A stretch of DNA of 63,359 nucleotides, filler included, from Licmophora abbreviata (lineage: Eukaryota): the NCBI GenBank assembly GCA_900291995.1. It is 23 parts of 23 records of this genome, joined end to end, with 100 filler letters (N's around TTAATTAATTAA, not from the genome) between each part and the next. Parts side by side here need not be neighbours in the genome. Positions count along the whole stretch, not along the records: positions 1 to 2,571 come from OLMU01004962.1; positions 2,672 to 6,258 come from OLMU01004963.1; positions 6,359 to 9,690 come from OLMU01004964.1; positions 9,791 to 11,743 come from OLMU01004965.1; 19 more parts are not named here. One strand, 5' to 3'. Positions within the stretch are counted from its first letter, which is position 1; each line of letters opens with the position of its first letter. The translations under genes were made by a program, and so were the position numbers. This document shows positions 1-11,299 of this stretch, piece by piece. The notes under the pieces were generated by a model. It saw only the letters and a list, made by a program, of their open reading frames with translations. It searched no databases and had not been told where the DNA came from.

Positions 1-1586
1 GTCGCGCCATCCGCGAAACCGATGGTCGAGCCTTCGCGGTCCGCCTTCACGGTCACCGCATACTCATGCCCCTGCAGCGACACGACCCACGCCTCGCCCA
101 CGCGGCGCTCGTGGTTGTCCATGCGACCCGATACGCGGGTGCGGCGAATCTCGGCCACCCGGTGCATTGCGGCACAGCCCGCCGCGATCCGCCGCAGCGC
201 ATCCTCGCCCAACTGCACCCCGTCGAACCCGTCGGGATACTCCTCGGCGATGAAGGCGGTGGTCATGTCGCCGGCCACGAATTTCGGATGATCCATCACA
301 GCACTCAGGAACGGCAGGTTATGGCCGATCCCCTCGACCTCGAAGGCATCGAGCGCGTTGCGCATCCCTTCGATCGCCTCCAGTCGGGTATGCCCCCAAG
401 TGCACAGCTTGGCGATCATCGGGTCGTAATACATCGAGATTTCGCCCCCCTCGTAGACGCCGGTATCGTTGCGCACGATGGCGCCCTCGACATCCAGCTC
501 CTGCGGCGGGCGATAGCGCGTCAGCCGCCCGATCGAGGGCAGGAAGTTGCGATAGGGATCCTCGGCATAGAGCCGGCTTTCCATCGCCCAGCCGTTCAGC
601 TTCACATCCTCCTGACGCAGCGACAGCTTTTCGCCATAGGCGACGCGGATCATCTGCTCGACCAGATCGATCCCGGTGATCAGTTCGGTCACCGGATGCT
701 CCACCTGCAGGCGGGTGTTCATCTCGAGGAAATAGAAATTCCGCTCGCCATCGACGATGAATTCCACCGTTCCCGCGCTGGCATAGCCCACCGCGTGCGA
801 CAGCTTCAGCGCCTGTTCTCCCATCGCCTTGCGGGTGGCCTCGTCAAGGAAGGGGCTCGGGGCCTCTTCGATGACTTTCTGATTGCGCCGCTGGATCGAA
901 CATTCGCGCTCGCCCAGATAGACGCCGTTGCCATGGGTGTCGCACAGCACCTGGATTTCGATATGCCGCGGCTGCGTCACGAATTTTTCGATGAAAATCC
1001 GGTCATCACCGAAACTGCTGGCCGCCTCGTTCTTCGAGCTTTCGAAGCCCTCGCGCGCTTCCTCGTCGGTCCAGGCGATTCGCATCCCCTTGCCGCCGCC
1101 GCCCGCGCTGGCCTTGATCATCACCGGATAGCCGATCTGCTGGCTGATCGTGACCGCCTCATCGGCATCGGCAATCAGTCCCATGACGCCCGGCACGGTC
1201 GACACGCCGGCCTCCTGCGCGATCTTCTTCGAGGTGATCTTGTCCCCCATCGCCTCGATCGCGCCCTTGGGCGGTCCGATGAAGGCCACGCCCTCGGCCT
1301 CGAGTGCCGCCGCGAATTTCGGGTTTTCCGACAGGAATCCATACCCGGGATGCACCGCCTCGGCGCCGGTCTGGCGGATCGCGTCCATCACCTTGTCGAT
1401 CACGATATAGGACTCGTTCGCCGGAGGCGGACCGATATGCACCGCCTCGTCCGCCATCTGCACATGCAGCGCCTGCGCGTCGGCATCCGAATAGATCGCA
1501 ACGGTCTGAATGCCCATCCTGCGGGCGGTCTTGATCACCCGGCAGGCAATTTCGCCCCGGTTCGCGATCAGGATCTTCTTGAACAT
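1..1586 (-). CDS. pccA: Propionyl-CoA carboxylase alpha subunit (biotin carboxylase), runs off the window edge
   Basis: Minus strand from ATG at 1586 reads MFKKILIANRGEIACRVIKTARRMGI, with HPGYGFLSEN and FLEMNTRLQVEHPVTE biotin carboxylase motifs; close to pccB. Confidence 0.9.
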   Translation of the reverse strand, partial: MFKKILIANRGEIACRVIKTARRMGIQTVAIYSDADAQALHVQMADEAVHIGPPPANESYIVIDKVMDAIRQTGAEAVHPGYGFLSENPKFAAALEAEGVAFIGPPKGAIEAMGDKITSKKIAQEAGVSTVPGVMGLIADADEAVTISQQIGYPVMIKASAGGGGKGMRIAWTDEEAREGFESSKNEAASSFGDDRIFIEKFVTQPRHIEIQVLCDTHGNGVYLGERECSIQRRNQKVIEEAPSPFLDEATRKAMGEQALKLSHAVGYASAGTVEFIVDGERNFYFLEMNTRLQVEHPVTELITGIDLVEQMIRVAYGEKLSLRQEDVKLNGWAMESRLYAEDPYRNFLPSIGRLTRYRPPQELDVEGAIVRNDTGVYEGGEISMYYDPMIAKLCTWGHTRLEAIEGMRNALDAFEVEGIGHNLPFLSAVMDHPKFVAGDMTTAFIAEEYPDGFDGVQLGEDALRRIAAGCAAMHRVAEIRRTRVSGRMDNHERRVGEAWVVSLQGHEYAVTVKADREGSTIGFADGA

Positions 1587-1703
1587 ATCTCGTCCCTTCC
1601 TCCGGTTTCGGGCCGATAGCTGCCCGCAATAAAAAGACCACCGGCGCAAGGCGCACCGGTGGTCATGGTGGTGACATCACGCGCCCTCAGGGCGCGGGTG
1701 AAT

Positions 1704-1913
1704 TCAGCGGCAGCGGCCCGGATAGGCCTTGCAATAGGCGACGTTGCCAGCCGCCCCGACAAGTGCGCCGGTCGCGATGCTGCCATTGAGCACCGCTGCG
1801 GTGCCCGCTCCTGCGCCAGCCCCCAGAAGCGCCTGCTCGGGCAGGCTTTCGCCACAGCCGGCAAGCACTGCCAGCCCGACAATCGCAGCACCTCGTAAAA
1901 ACAATCTCTGCAT
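1704..1913 (-). CDS. Small lipoprotein with glycine-zipper-like segment
   Basis: MQRLFLRGAAIVGLAVLAGC lipobox (LAGC), then GAGAGAG segment; GGAG RBS upstream. Confidence 0.7.
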   Translation of the reverse strand: MQRLFLRGAAIVGLAVLAGCGESLPEQALLGAGAGAGTAAVLNGSIATGALVGAAGNVAYCKAYPGRCR

Positions 1914-2286
1914 GTCTCTCGACCTCTCCATTCTGCTGTCGCAAACCGGCTTTCAGAGTGCGACAGGCCACGGCGCGCGTCAAAGCGCAGACTGCTCTGG
2001 CCAGCATAATGGGCGGACCCCCGCCGAAAGCGGCAAGACACTGAAGATGTTGGAAAAACGGGCGGCTTGCGCCGCATGGCGCAACGCCGCCCGACAGGGG
2101 AAGGGTAACGGATCGGACGCAGGGTCCAAGCCCCTTGGGGACGGGGCTCCACTACGAGGGACAAACTGTCTGTCGCCCCCGCGAAAGCCAAGCCCGGGCG
2201 CATCAACCCGCGCGCATCGGCCATATTTCGCGTAAATCGGCGCGGGCTTGGCAAGAAAGCGCCGCAGCGGTCCGTGCGAGGAGGCA

Positions 2287-2571
2287 TCACCACTCCTCCG
2301 GATCGTCGAAATCATCGGACTCGTCGGCATCGTCGAACACATCCGGAAACGAGGCGCGCGCCACATCCACATCCAGCACCAGAAGCGCCTCGTAGCTCGT
2401 GGGATCGAATGGCTCCTCGGCGGGCTTCACCTCGCGCCCGATCAACCAGCTCAGTCGGCCCGCATCCAGATTGCCGCGCTCGAAAGGCTGATCGCCGAAA
2501 CACGCCCACAAGGCCCGCACAAAGCCCTCATCGGCGCGCCGGTCCGCGGCCCTGCGGTCACGATAGCGTTC
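2287..2571 (-). CDS. Hypothetical protein, C-terminal part with acidic tail (5' end in gap)
   Basis: Open frame from the gap to a stop at 2287, ending DDADESDDFDDPEEW. Confidence 0.5.
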   Translation of the reverse strand, partial: ERYRDRRAADRRADEGFVRALWACFGDQPFERGNLDAGRLSWLIGREVKPAEEPFDPTSYEALLVLDVDVARASFPDVFDDADESDDFDDPEEW

Positions 2572-2807
2572 NNNNNNNNNNNNNNNNNNNNNNNNNNNNN
2601 NNNNNNNNNNNNNNNTTAATTAATTAANNNNNNNNNNNNNNNNNNNNNNNNNNNNNNNNNNNNNNNNNNNNTGCGCGGTGCGCGGCGCTAAGCGTATCGA
2701 AATTTGGAAAGGGAAAGGGGCGTGTCCGCGTCAGGCGCGCATCGCCGCGCAGGACATCCGGGTTTGAGGCAGGCCCGAAGGCCTGCCTCTGCAAGTCCCG
2801 AAAGGGC

Positions 2808-2945
2808 TTACTTGTACTTGCCTGTGGAAACGGGCTCGGCCGTGACCGGCTCGACCACGACGAATTCTTCTTCGGCCTGCTGTGCGCAAGCTGCGACGAA
2901 GGCAACCAGACCGATGGCCAGAATGCTCTTGATGCTGTTCGACAT
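2808..2945 (-). CDS. Small 45-aa lipoprotein
   Basis: MSNSIKSILAIGLVAFVAAC lipobox; AGGAG RBS upstream. Confidence 0.7.
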   Translation of the reverse strand: MSNSIKSILAIGLVAFVAACAQQAEEEFVVVEPVTAEPVSTGKYK

Positions 2946-3159
2946 AAGTGTCTCCTGTGTCCTTGTAAGGGCACGCGCGGCAGAGCGCGCGTTTGATGCC
3001 CGAGTTCCGAGGTATGGGTTACTTGGGTGCAACCGAGGGTCACAATATCCGAATTTTTCGACAATGCATACGCGGCATAAGCAAACACCCGCGTATGTGG
3101 CGGCAAAGCCTCAACCATGACACGATACAGGCCATTGCCCTCAAGATATTGTAGCGTCA

Positions 3160-3576
3160 TCAGAACTCCTCCCAGATGCAGGTGCCATCCTCGATCCGAT
3201 AGGCTTCGAACACCTGTGTCACATCCGGGTCGAACACCCCGAATTCCGCCGGATGATCGGCCAGCGAGATGACCACCTGACGCGGCTGCGGACCGATCGC
3301 CGGCAGGCGCGGAATCGCATAGGACATGCACAGATATTCAAGGTCGGCCATGATGCTGTCGAACTCTTCCTTGCCGGTGAACTCCGGCGCCACGAACCGA
3401 AAGCGATAGGTCAGCCCCTGCCCCGGCTGATCCGAGATCACCTCCTGCAAACCCGCCTCCAGCCCAGAGGGCAGGACAAGGCGCTCCTCCTTCGCCTTGT
3501 CCTGCTGCGCCGTGGCCGGGCTGGCGATCGCCAGCACCAATGCCATGGCGGGGATATGCGCCCCGATGGGCCTCAT
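3160..3576 (-). CDS. Exported hypothetical protein (DUF6497-like)
   Basis: Signal peptide, YRFRFVAP and FEAYRIEDGTCIWEEF ending; directly downstream of pccB. Confidence 0.65.
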   Translation of the reverse strand: MRPIGAHIPAMALVLAIASPATAQQDKAKEERLVLPSGLEAGLQEVISDQPGQGLTYRFRFVAPEFTGKEEFDSIMADLEYLCMSYAIPRLPAIGPQPRQVVISLADHPAEFGVFDPDVTQVFEAYRIEDGTCIWEEF

Positions 3577-3588
3577 GCCCCTATCCCG

Positions 3589-5121
3589 TCACAGCGGAAT
3601 GTTGTCGTGTTTCTTCCACGGCATCTGCCGGTCCTTGTTGCGCAGTGCGGCAAAGGCGCGACTCACGCGCTTGCGGGTGCTGCGCGGCTGGATCACCTCG
3701 TCGATAAAGCCCCGCTCGGCCGCCACGAAAGGATTGGCGAAGCGATCCTCGTAATCCTGTGTGCGCTGCGCGATCTTCTCGGCATCGCCCAATTCCGAGC
3801 GATAGAGGATCTCGGTCGCGCCCTTGGCCCCCATCACCGCCACTTCCGACGTCGGCCAGGCATAGTTGACATCGCCCCGCAGATGCTTGGAGGACATCAC
3901 CACATACGCCCCGCCATAGGCCTTGCGCGTAATGACCGTGACCTTGGGCACCGTCGCCTCGCCATAGGCGAACAGCAGCTTGGCGCCATGCTTGATGACA
4001 CCGTCATGCTCCTGCTTGGTGCCGGGCAGGAAGCCGGGCACATCCACGAAGGTCAGGATCGGGATCTCGAAGCAATCGCAGAACCGCACGAAGCGCGCGG
4101 CCTTGCGGCTGCTGTCGATGTCCAGACAGCCCGCCAGAACCATCGGCTGATTGGCCACGACACCCACCGTGCGCCCTTCGAGGCGGATGAAACCGGTGAT
4201 GATGTTCTTGGCGAAATCCTCCTGAATTTCGTAGAAATCCCCCTCATCCGCGACCTTGGCGATCAATTCCTTCATGTCATAAGGCATATTGGGATTGGCC
4301 GGGACCAGCGTATCGAGGCTGGGCTCCAAGCGGTCCGAATCGTCGAAGAAGGGGCGCACCGGCACCGGCTCGCGGTTGTTGAGCGGCAGGAAATCCACCA
4401 GGCGGCGCACCTCGGCCATGGCCTCCACGTCATTCTCGAACGCGCCATCCGCGACCGAGCTTTTGCGCGTGTGGGTCGAGGCCCCGCCAAGCTCTTCGGC
4501 GCTCACCTGCTCGTTGGTGACAGTCTTGACCACATCAGGCCCGGTCACGAACATGTACGAGCTGTCGCGCACCATGAAGATGAAATCCGTCATCGCCGGG
4601 GAATAGACCGCACCGCCCGCACAAGGCCCCATGATGACGCTGATCTGCGGCACCACGCCCGAGGCTTCGATGTTGCGCTGGAACACTTCGCCATAGCCCG
4701 CAAGACTGTCGACGCCTTCCTGAATGCGCGCCCCCCCCGAATCGTTGATCCCGATCACCGGCGCGCCGTTCTGCATCGCCATATCCATGATCTTGCAGAT
4801 CTTCATCGCATGCGTCGCACTGACCGAGCCACCCAGAACGGTGAAATCCTGACTGAACACATAAACCTGACGGCCATTGATCGTGCCCCAGCCGGTGACC
4901 ACCCCATCGCCATAGGGACGGTTTTCCTCCATGCCGAAATCGATGCAGCGATGCGCCACGAACATGTCGAATTCTTCGAAGCTGCCTTCGTCCAGCAAAA
5001 GCTCGATCCGCTCGCGCGCGGTCAGCTTGCCCTTGGAATGCTGTGCGTCGATCCGCGTCTGACCGCCGCCCAGCCGAGCCTCGCCGCGGCGATCCTCGAG
5101 TTCGCGAAGAATGTCTTTCAT
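3589..5121 (-). CDS. pccB: Propionyl-CoA carboxylase beta subunit (carboxyltransferase)
   Basis: [12 protein letters not shown] start, GGARIQEG and DVPGFLPG motifs, ends KKHDNIPL; 510 aa. Confidence 0.93.
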   Translation of the reverse strand: MKDILRELEDRRGEARLGGGQTRIDAQHSKGKLTARERIELLLDEGSFEEFDMFVAHRCIDFGMEENRPYGDGVVTGWGTINGRQVYVFSQDFTVLGGSVSATHAMKICKIMDMAMQNGAPVIGINDSGGARIQEGVDSLAGYGEVFQRNIEASGVVPQISVIMGPCAGGAVYSPAMTDFIFMVRDSSYMFVTGPDVVKTVTNEQVSAEELGGASTHTRKSSVADGAFENDVEAMAEVRRLVDFLPLNNREPVPVRPFFDDSDRLEPSLDTLVPANPNMPYDMKELIAKVADEGDFYEIQEDFAKNIITGFIRLEGRTVGVVANQPMVLAGCLDIDSSRKAARFVRFCDCFEIPILTFVDVPGFLPGTKQEHDGVIKHGAKLLFAYGEATVPKVTVITRKAYGGAYVVMSSKHLRGDVNYAWPTSEVAVMGAKGATEILYRSELGDAEKIAQRTQDYEDRFANPFVAAERGFIDEVIQPRSTRKRVSRAFAALRNKDRQMPWKKHDNIPL

Positions 5122-5427
5122 GGCGCTCCCCTTGCGATTTTGGCCGACCATATGGAAAATACAGCGCGGCACAAAGAGAAAACCGGCAAATTTGCAAAGC
5201 AATGCAAAGATCTTGCTGCAAATTTGAAAATATGCAAATTTTCCTGTGCTCATCCCGGCCCGGCTGCCTCGCCCTCTCTCGTCCGTCTCACCCGGCGCCG
5301 CAAGGAGCACGCGCATTCGAATGCGCGTGCCAAGGCCGTTCGAACGGCCTTTCCCCCCGCCTTCTGTGCATCCCGCAACAGGCCGATGTGCGTGGACAAG
5401 CGCGCCGCACGGGCCTAACCGTGCGTC

Positions 5428-6726
5428 ATGACCGATCTGCCCGCCTCCCGTTTTCTGGACCGCGCCTCGCCGCCGCATATTATCACGCTGATCCTGCTGG
5501 CGGGCATTTCGGCGCTGGCGATGAACATCTTCCTGCCCTCCCTGCCCGGCATGACCGCCTATTTCGACACGGAATACCGGCTGATGCAGCTGTCGGTCGC
5601 GCTCTATCTTGCGGTGAACGCGGTCTTGCAGGTGCTGATGGGCCCGATCTCGGACCGGCTGGGCCGCCGCCCGGTGATCCTCGGGGGGCTGGCGATCTTC
5701 CTGCTGGCCACGCTCGGATGCATCCTGTCCACCAACGCCTACGTGTTCCTCACCTTCCGCATGATGCAGGCGACGGTGGTGGTCGCGATGGTGCTCAGCC
5801 GGGCGATCGTGCGCGACATGGTTCCGCAGGATCAGGCCGCCAGCATGATCGGCTATGTCACCATGGGCATGGCCATCGTGCCGATGATCGGCCCGGCCAT
5901 CGGCGGCGTGCTCGATCAGCTCTATGGCTGGCAGGCGAATTTCTGGGCGCTCTTCGTTCTGGGCGCCGCTGTCCTGTGGCTCAGCTGGCGTGATCTGGGC
6001 GAAACCGCGCCGCTGACAGGTCAGACGCTGCGCGCGCAGATCGCCGACTATCCCGAGCTTTTGTCCTCGCCGCGCTTCTGGGGCTATGCGCTGGCCTCGG
6101 CGCTCTCGTCGGGCGCATTCTTCGCCTATCTGGGCGGCGCGCCCTTTGTGGGCGATCAGGTGTTCGGACTGCCCCCCGCCAAGCTCGGCCTCTATTTCGG
6201 CGCGCCCGCGATCGGCTACATGCTCGGCAATTTCCTGTCCGGGCGGTTTTCGGTGCGCNNNNNNNNNNNNNNNNNNNNNNNNNNNNNNNNNNNNNNNNNN
6301 NNTTAATTAATTAANNNNNNNNNNNNNNNNNNNNNNNNNNNNNNNNNNNNNNNNNNNNTGCTATGGGGCACGCTCATCAATGCCGGGGGCATCGCCGCCA
6401 ATCTCTCGCTGTTCTACGCAGGCCAAGGCAGCCCTTTGGGCTTTTTCGGCCTGATGACGCTGATGGGCCTCGGGAACGGCATGGTGATCCCCAATGCAAC
6501 CGCAGGCGCCTTGTCGGTGCGCCCGCATCTCGCCGGCACAGCCAGCGGGCTTGCCGGGGCGCTGATGATCGGCGGCGGCGCGGCCCTGTCGGCGCTGGCC
6601 GGCATCCTCCTCAAGCCCGGAAGCGGAGCGTTTCCGCTCCTGTGGATCATGCTCGGCACGGCACTGGCCGCCATTGCCGCCATCGGCGTGGTCGTGTGGC
6701 GCGAGCGTCAGCTCATCCGGCCCTGA
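5428..6726 (+). CDS. Bcr/CflA family multidrug efflux MFS transporter (interrupted by assembly gap)
   Basis: [15 protein letters not shown] motif A, many TM helices, continues after the gap. Confidence 0.85.
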
Positions 6727-6738
6727 CCCGGCCCTGCC

Positions 6739-7332
6739 TCACATCATCAACAACTTGGCGGCGATCCCCCACATCACCAGCCCCACCAGCGCATCCAGCA
6801 CCCGCCAGCTCGAGGGCCGCCGGAACAAGGGCGCAAGCATACGTGCGCCATAGCCCAACCCGAAGAAGAACACGAAACTCGCCAGCACCGCGCCTGCGCC
6901 AAAAGCGATCTTGTCGTCATATTGCGCGCTCACCGACCCCAGCAGAACCACCGTATCCAGATAGACATGCGGGTTGAGCCATGTCAGCGCCAGACAGGTC
7001 AGAAGCGCCGGGCCAAGTCCTCCCGCCCCCTCGCCCGCCTCGAGCGCCTCACCGCCGCGCCAGGCCGACAGGAAATTGCGCGCCCCGTACCAGATCAGAA
7101 ACGCCGCCCCGCCAAAGCGCATGATCCGCTCCAGCCCCGGCACCGCCTCGGCCAGCGCGCCGAACCCGGCCACACCGGCCACGATCAGCACCGCATCCGA
7201 CAGCGCACAAGTCAGGCACACTGCCAACACATGCGCGCGCCGCAGCCCCTGCCGCAGCACAAAGGCGTTCTGCGCCCCGATCGCCAGAATAAGAGAAAAC
7301 CCGAGGGCAAAACCCGCCAAAGACGCCTGCAT
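6739..7332 (-). CDS. LysE/ArgO family amino acid exporter
   Basis: LILAIGAQNAFVLRQGL and TWLNPHVYLDT motifs. Confidence 0.9.
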   Translation of the reverse strand: MQASLAGFALGFSLILAIGAQNAFVLRQGLRRAHVLAVCLTCALSDAVLIVAGVAGFGALAEAVPGLERIMRFGGAAFLIWYGARNFLSAWRGGEALEAGEGAGGLGPALLTCLALTWLNPHVYLDTVVLLGSVSAQYDDKIAFGAGAVLASFVFFFGLGYGARMLAPLFRRPSSWRVLDALVGLVMWGIAAKLLMM

Positions 7333-7546
7333 GCACCATATCCCCATCGACCTTTGCGCATGCCAGCCAAAGCATGATGCGCCGCCAAGGACAAGTCGGC
7401 AGCCGCCTGCGACGGGCTCCGGCCCCGGCGCGGACGCCGTCTGATCCTGTCACGCAAGAGCGATATCACCGCCTGCAACCGCCCGGCCGGCCATCCGCGC
7501 AGCGCGCTCAGGCCCGCCTCAACGCACCATCATCCGCGCAGCGCGC

Positions 7547-7593
7547 CAAGCGCCTTCGAAGGCGCTTGACCAAGGCTTTTCGAAAAGCCTTGG
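7547..7593. repeat. Two adjacent perfect palindromes (22 bp and 24 bp), possible terminator or REP-like element
   Basis: CAAGCGCCTTCGAAGGCGCTTG (7547-7568) and CCAAGGCTTTTCGAAAAGCCTTGG (7570-7593), downstream of the yebC stop. Confidence 0.75.
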
Positions 7594-7625
7594 CCCAACC
7601 CAAGCACAAAACCCGCCCCGCGCGC

Positions 7626-8375
7626 CTATTCGGCGGCCAGCTGCGCCATCACCTCGTCGGAGGCTTCGAAATTCGTGGTCACCCGCTGCACGTCGTCGTC
7701 ATCCTCGAGCGCATCCACCAGCTTCATCAGCTTCTGCATCCCCTCAAGGTCCAGCTCGGTGGTGGTCGCCGGGCGCCATGCCAGCCGGGTCGACGCACTT
7801 TCCCCCAACTCCGCCTCAAGTGCTGTCGAGACGTCATTCAGATCGGTATCCGCGCACCAGACGGTATGGCCCTCCTCGCTCGACTCGACATCTTCGGCCC
7901 CGGCCTCGATCGCGGCCATCATCACCGTGTCCGCATCGCCCGCTTCGGCGGGATAGCTGATCTCGCCCTTGCGCTCGAACATGAAGGCGACGCTTCCGGT
8001 CTCGCCCAGATTGCCGCCATGCTTGGTGAAGGTCGAACGCACATTCGACGCGGTGCGATTGCGGTTATCGGTCATCGCCTCGACGATCACCGCCACGCCC
8101 CCCGGACCATAGCCCTCATAGCGGATTTCCTCGTAATCATCGCCCTCGCCCGCCTGCGATTTCTTGATCGCGCGTTCGATCACATCCTTGGGCACCGACA
8201 CCGCCTTGGCTTCCTTCACCGCCATCCGCAGGCGGGGGTTCTTCTCGGGATCCGGGTCGCCCATCTTGGCCGCGACGGTGATTTCCTTGGAAAGCTTGGA
8301 AAACAACTTCGACCGCGCGGCGTCCTGACGCCCCTTGCGATGCTGGATGTTTGCCCATTTTGAATGGCCGGCCAT
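7626..8375 (-). CDS. yebC: YebC/PmpR family protein
   Basis: [15 protein letters not shown] start, YEGYGPGG motif. Confidence 0.95.
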   Translation of the reverse strand: MAGHSKWANIQHRKGRQDAARSKLFSKLSKEITVAAKMGDPDPEKNPRLRMAVKEAKAVSVPKDVIERAIKKSQAGEGDDYEEIRYEGYGPGGVAVIVEAMTDNRNRTASNVRSTFTKHGGNLGETGSVAFMFERKGEISYPAEAGDADTVMMAAIEAGAEDVESSEEGHTVWCADTDLNDVSTALEAELGESASTRLAWRPATTTELDLEGMQKLMKLVDALEDDDDVQRVTTNFEASDEVMAQLAAE

Positions 8376-8499
8376 GCGTGTCTCCGATCGGACTCAAGGT
8401 TGATGCGGCCCGATATAGGACAGCCCGCCCCCCTATCGCAACCCGCTTGCACCGCCCGCCCGGATGCGCTTGGCTGTGACCCCATGACAGGAGTCCTCG

Positions 8500-10141
8500 A
8501 TGACCCATGACCAGATCATTCTTTTCGCCCTCTTCGGCGCGGTCTTCGCCCTGCTGATCTGGGGGCGCTACCGCTATGATCTCGTGGCTTTCTGCGCGCT
8601 CCTTGCGGCGGTGGTGCTGGGTGTGGTGCAGCCCCATGACGCCTTTGCAGGCTTCGGCCATCCCGCCACGATCATCGTGGCGCTGGTGCTGGTGGTCTCG
8701 TCCGGGCTGGTCAATGCAGGTGCCGTGCAGCTCATCACCCGCAAGCTGATGCAGCGCGGCCGCAGCCTGCGCAGCCATGTGGCGCTGATGGGCGGGATCG
8801 GCGCGGTGCTCTCGGGCTTCATCAACAACGTGGCAGCGCTGGCGCTGCTCATGCCCGTGGACATGCAGGCCGCCCACCGGGCCAAGCGCTCCCCGGCCCT
8901 GTCGCTGATGCCGCTCAGCTTCGCCACGATCCTCGGCGGCATGGTCACGCTGATCGGCACCCCGCCCAACATCATCATCGCCTCGATCCGTCAGGACCAG
9001 CTTGGCGAACCCTTCGAGATGTTCGACTTCACGCCAGTGGGCGCCGTCACCGCCCTTGCGGGCATGGCTTTCGTCACGCTGGTCGGCTCGCGCCTCATCC
9101 CCCGGCGCGCCACCGAAACGGACCCGACCGAGGCGCTCGAGGACACCTCGGCCTTTCTCGCCGAGCTTTCCGTGCCCGAAGACAACGACATGATCGACCG
9201 CCCCCTGTCCGATCTCGACGGGGCCGCCACCGAAAGCAATGTCTCCGTCCTTGGGCTGATCCGCGACGGCACCCGCCGCTACGGCAGTTCCCGCGACACC
9301 CGCCTCAAGGCCGATGACATCCTGATCCTCGAAGCGCAGCCCGATGCGCTGGATGATTTCCGCTCTACGCTCGGGCTGGCCTATACCGATGCCGACCGCC
9401 GCGCCGTGATCGAGGACGAGGCCGAGGGCCTGACCCTGACCCAAGCCGTCGTGCCGCGCGATGCCCGCATCGTCGACACCTCCGCGCAGGCGATCGGCCT
9501 GCACTGGCGGCAACGCTCGGTGATCGTCGGCATCTCCCGCGAGGGACGCCGCATCACCGAGAACCTGCGCCGTGCGACGATCCTGCCGGGCGATATCCTG
9601 CTGCTGCTCACCCCGGCCGATACCGGCCCGCAGGTGATCCGCTGGCTGGGATGCCTGCCGCTGGCCGAATCCGGCCTGTCCATCACCCAGNNNNNNNNNN
9701 NNNNNNNNNNNNNNNNNNNNNNNNNNNNNNNNNNTTAATTAATTAANNNNNNNNNNNNNNNNNNNNNNNNNNNNNNNNNNNNNNNNNNNNCAGCTTGTCG
9801 ATCTGACCGGTGCGCTGCCGGTCTGGGCCATTCTGGCGGTGCTCATGGCGGTGACGATGACGCTGTCGGACGTGCTCAACAACACCGCCACCGCGATCGT
9901 CGCCGCCCCCGTCGGCATCGAGATCGCCAACCGGCTCGATGTGGCACCCGATCCGTTCCTGATGGCGGTGGCAATCGGCGCTTCTTCGGCGTTCCTCACG
10001 CCCATCGGCCACAAGAACAACACCCTGATCCTCGGCCCCGGCGGCTATCGCTTCGGCGATTACTGGCGCATGGGCCTGCCGCTCGAGATCATCGTGATCG
10101 CGGTCTCGGTGCCGATGATCCTGTGGGTCTGGCCGCTTTAG
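8500..10141 (+). CDS. SLC13/CitM-type permease with TrkA-C domains (gap inside)
   Basis: TLIGTPPNII, FLTPIGHKNN, GPGGYRFGDY motifs. Confidence 0.85.
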
Positions 10142-10232
10142 GCGTTTAGGTGCGCCGGGCGACACATCGAATTCTCCGCCAAGCCCGGATTGCGTCAAAA
10201 CCTTGCCGCAATCTTCCATCATGGAGAATTGC

Positions 10233-10436
10233 ATGTTCGAGTTTCTGTATCTTCTGGCCTGTGCCGCCGGTATCTTCGTCGTTGTTCAGCTTGTACGCTT
10301 CACGCGTCGGCTGATCCACCGCTCGGCCGCCGTGCTGAACGCCAGCCTCGAAACGGGCCTCATCAGCAGCGGCTTCATCGCGAATACCGCCTATCTGGTG
10401 CTGTTTGTCCTGATTTTCCGTATCTGCCTGGTCTGA
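10233..10436 (+). CDS. Small membrane protein
   Basis: Two hydrophobic segments, GGAG RBS, upstream of the XpaC-like gene. Confidence 0.45.
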   Translation: MFEFLYLLACAAGIFVVVQLVRFTRRLIHRSAAVLNASLETGLISSGFIANTAYLVLFVLIFRICLV

Positions 10437-10446
10437 AGGGGTGCCC

Positions 10447-11283
10447 ATGCTGTTCCAGAAATCCGCGTTTCCCTTCAGCCTTCCCCGAAACCCGCGCAAT
10501 CTCAAATCCGCGCAGTTCCTGGGTTTCGCCGCTCTGCCGCTTCTCTCCAGCACGTTCTTCGGCGTTGCCATGTCGGTGGTAACGGGGCTGGCCCTGCTCC
10601 TGCTGTACGGAGCTTCGATCTGGACACTGACACAGGGCTTGCGCGCCGAGCAGGCCTATGACGCGGCCCCCGTCGTCCGCAAGCCGAAGGTGCCGCTCAA
10701 ATTGGCGGCAGCGGGGCTGATGGGGCTTGCCGTGGGCGCGACTGTCTTTGTCCGCCACGGGCTCACCACCGAGGCCGTGCTTGTGGGGCTGGTCGCCGCA
10801 GGGCTTTTCGTCGCCGCCTTCGGCATCGACCCGCTGAAGAACAAGGGCGTCAGCGGCCCTCTCGCCGAAGAGGCATTGCGCGCCAACGAATCTGTGCAGG
10901 ACGCCACGGCGATTCTGAAGGAAATCGACTCCTGCGTCGCCACCATCGGCGATACCGACGTCAGTATCGGCTTCAAAGACTTGCGGCGCAGCGCCGAGCG
11001 CCTATTCACGATTCTGCGCAAGGATCCCGAACGTCACCGCGACTTGCGCCGCCTGCTGGGCGTTTACCTCGACGCGGCCCGCGAAGCCACCGAACGGTTC
11101 GCCATCCTGCATGCGGCTGTCCCCAACGCCGATGCCAAGGCACGTTACCTCGCGATGCTCGAGCGCCTGCGCGACCAGTTCGAAGACCGCACCCGAAAAT
11201 ATCTCAGGAACGGACACTCGAAACTGGATGTCGAACTCGACGTGCTCCAGAGCCGGCTGACGAGTGAGTCCCGCCTGCGCTGA
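10447..11283 (+). CDS. 5-bromo-4-chloroindolyl phosphate hydrolysis (XpaC-like) family membrane protein
   Basis: N-terminal TM helices with AFGIDPLK, C-terminal helical region LGVYLDAAREAT...LDVELDVL. Confidence 0.65.
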   Translation: MLFQKSAFPFSLPRNPRNLKSAQFLGFAALPLLSSTFFGVAMSVVTGLALLLLYGASIWTLTQGLRAEQAYDAAPVVRKPKVPLKLAAAGLMGLAVGATVFVRHGLTTEAVLVGLVAAGLFVAAFGIDPLKNKGVSGPLAEEALRANESVQDATAILKEIDSCVATIGDTDVSIGFKDLRRSAERLFTILRKDPERHRDLRRLLGVYLDAAREATERFAILHAAVPNADAKARYLAMLERLRDQFEDRTRKYLRNGHSKLDVELDVLQSRLTSESRLR

Positions 11284-11299
11284 GGCGCGCAGCGCAGGC

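Noticed and set aside
66..1619. Long plus-strand ORFs such as 66-1619, 3253-5418 and 30198-31847
   Set aside because: Antisense shadows of real genes (pccA, pccB, primase) typical of high-GC DNA; no recognisable motifs
2085..2200. Possibly structured intergenic sequence upstream of the small lipoprotein gene
   Set aside because: Could be an sRNA, but I cannot match it to a family or show a convincing structure
2572..2671. Recurrent TTAATTAATTAA flanked by N runs throughout the window
   Set aside because: Artificial contig spacer with stops in all six frames; not a biological repeat or CRISPR array
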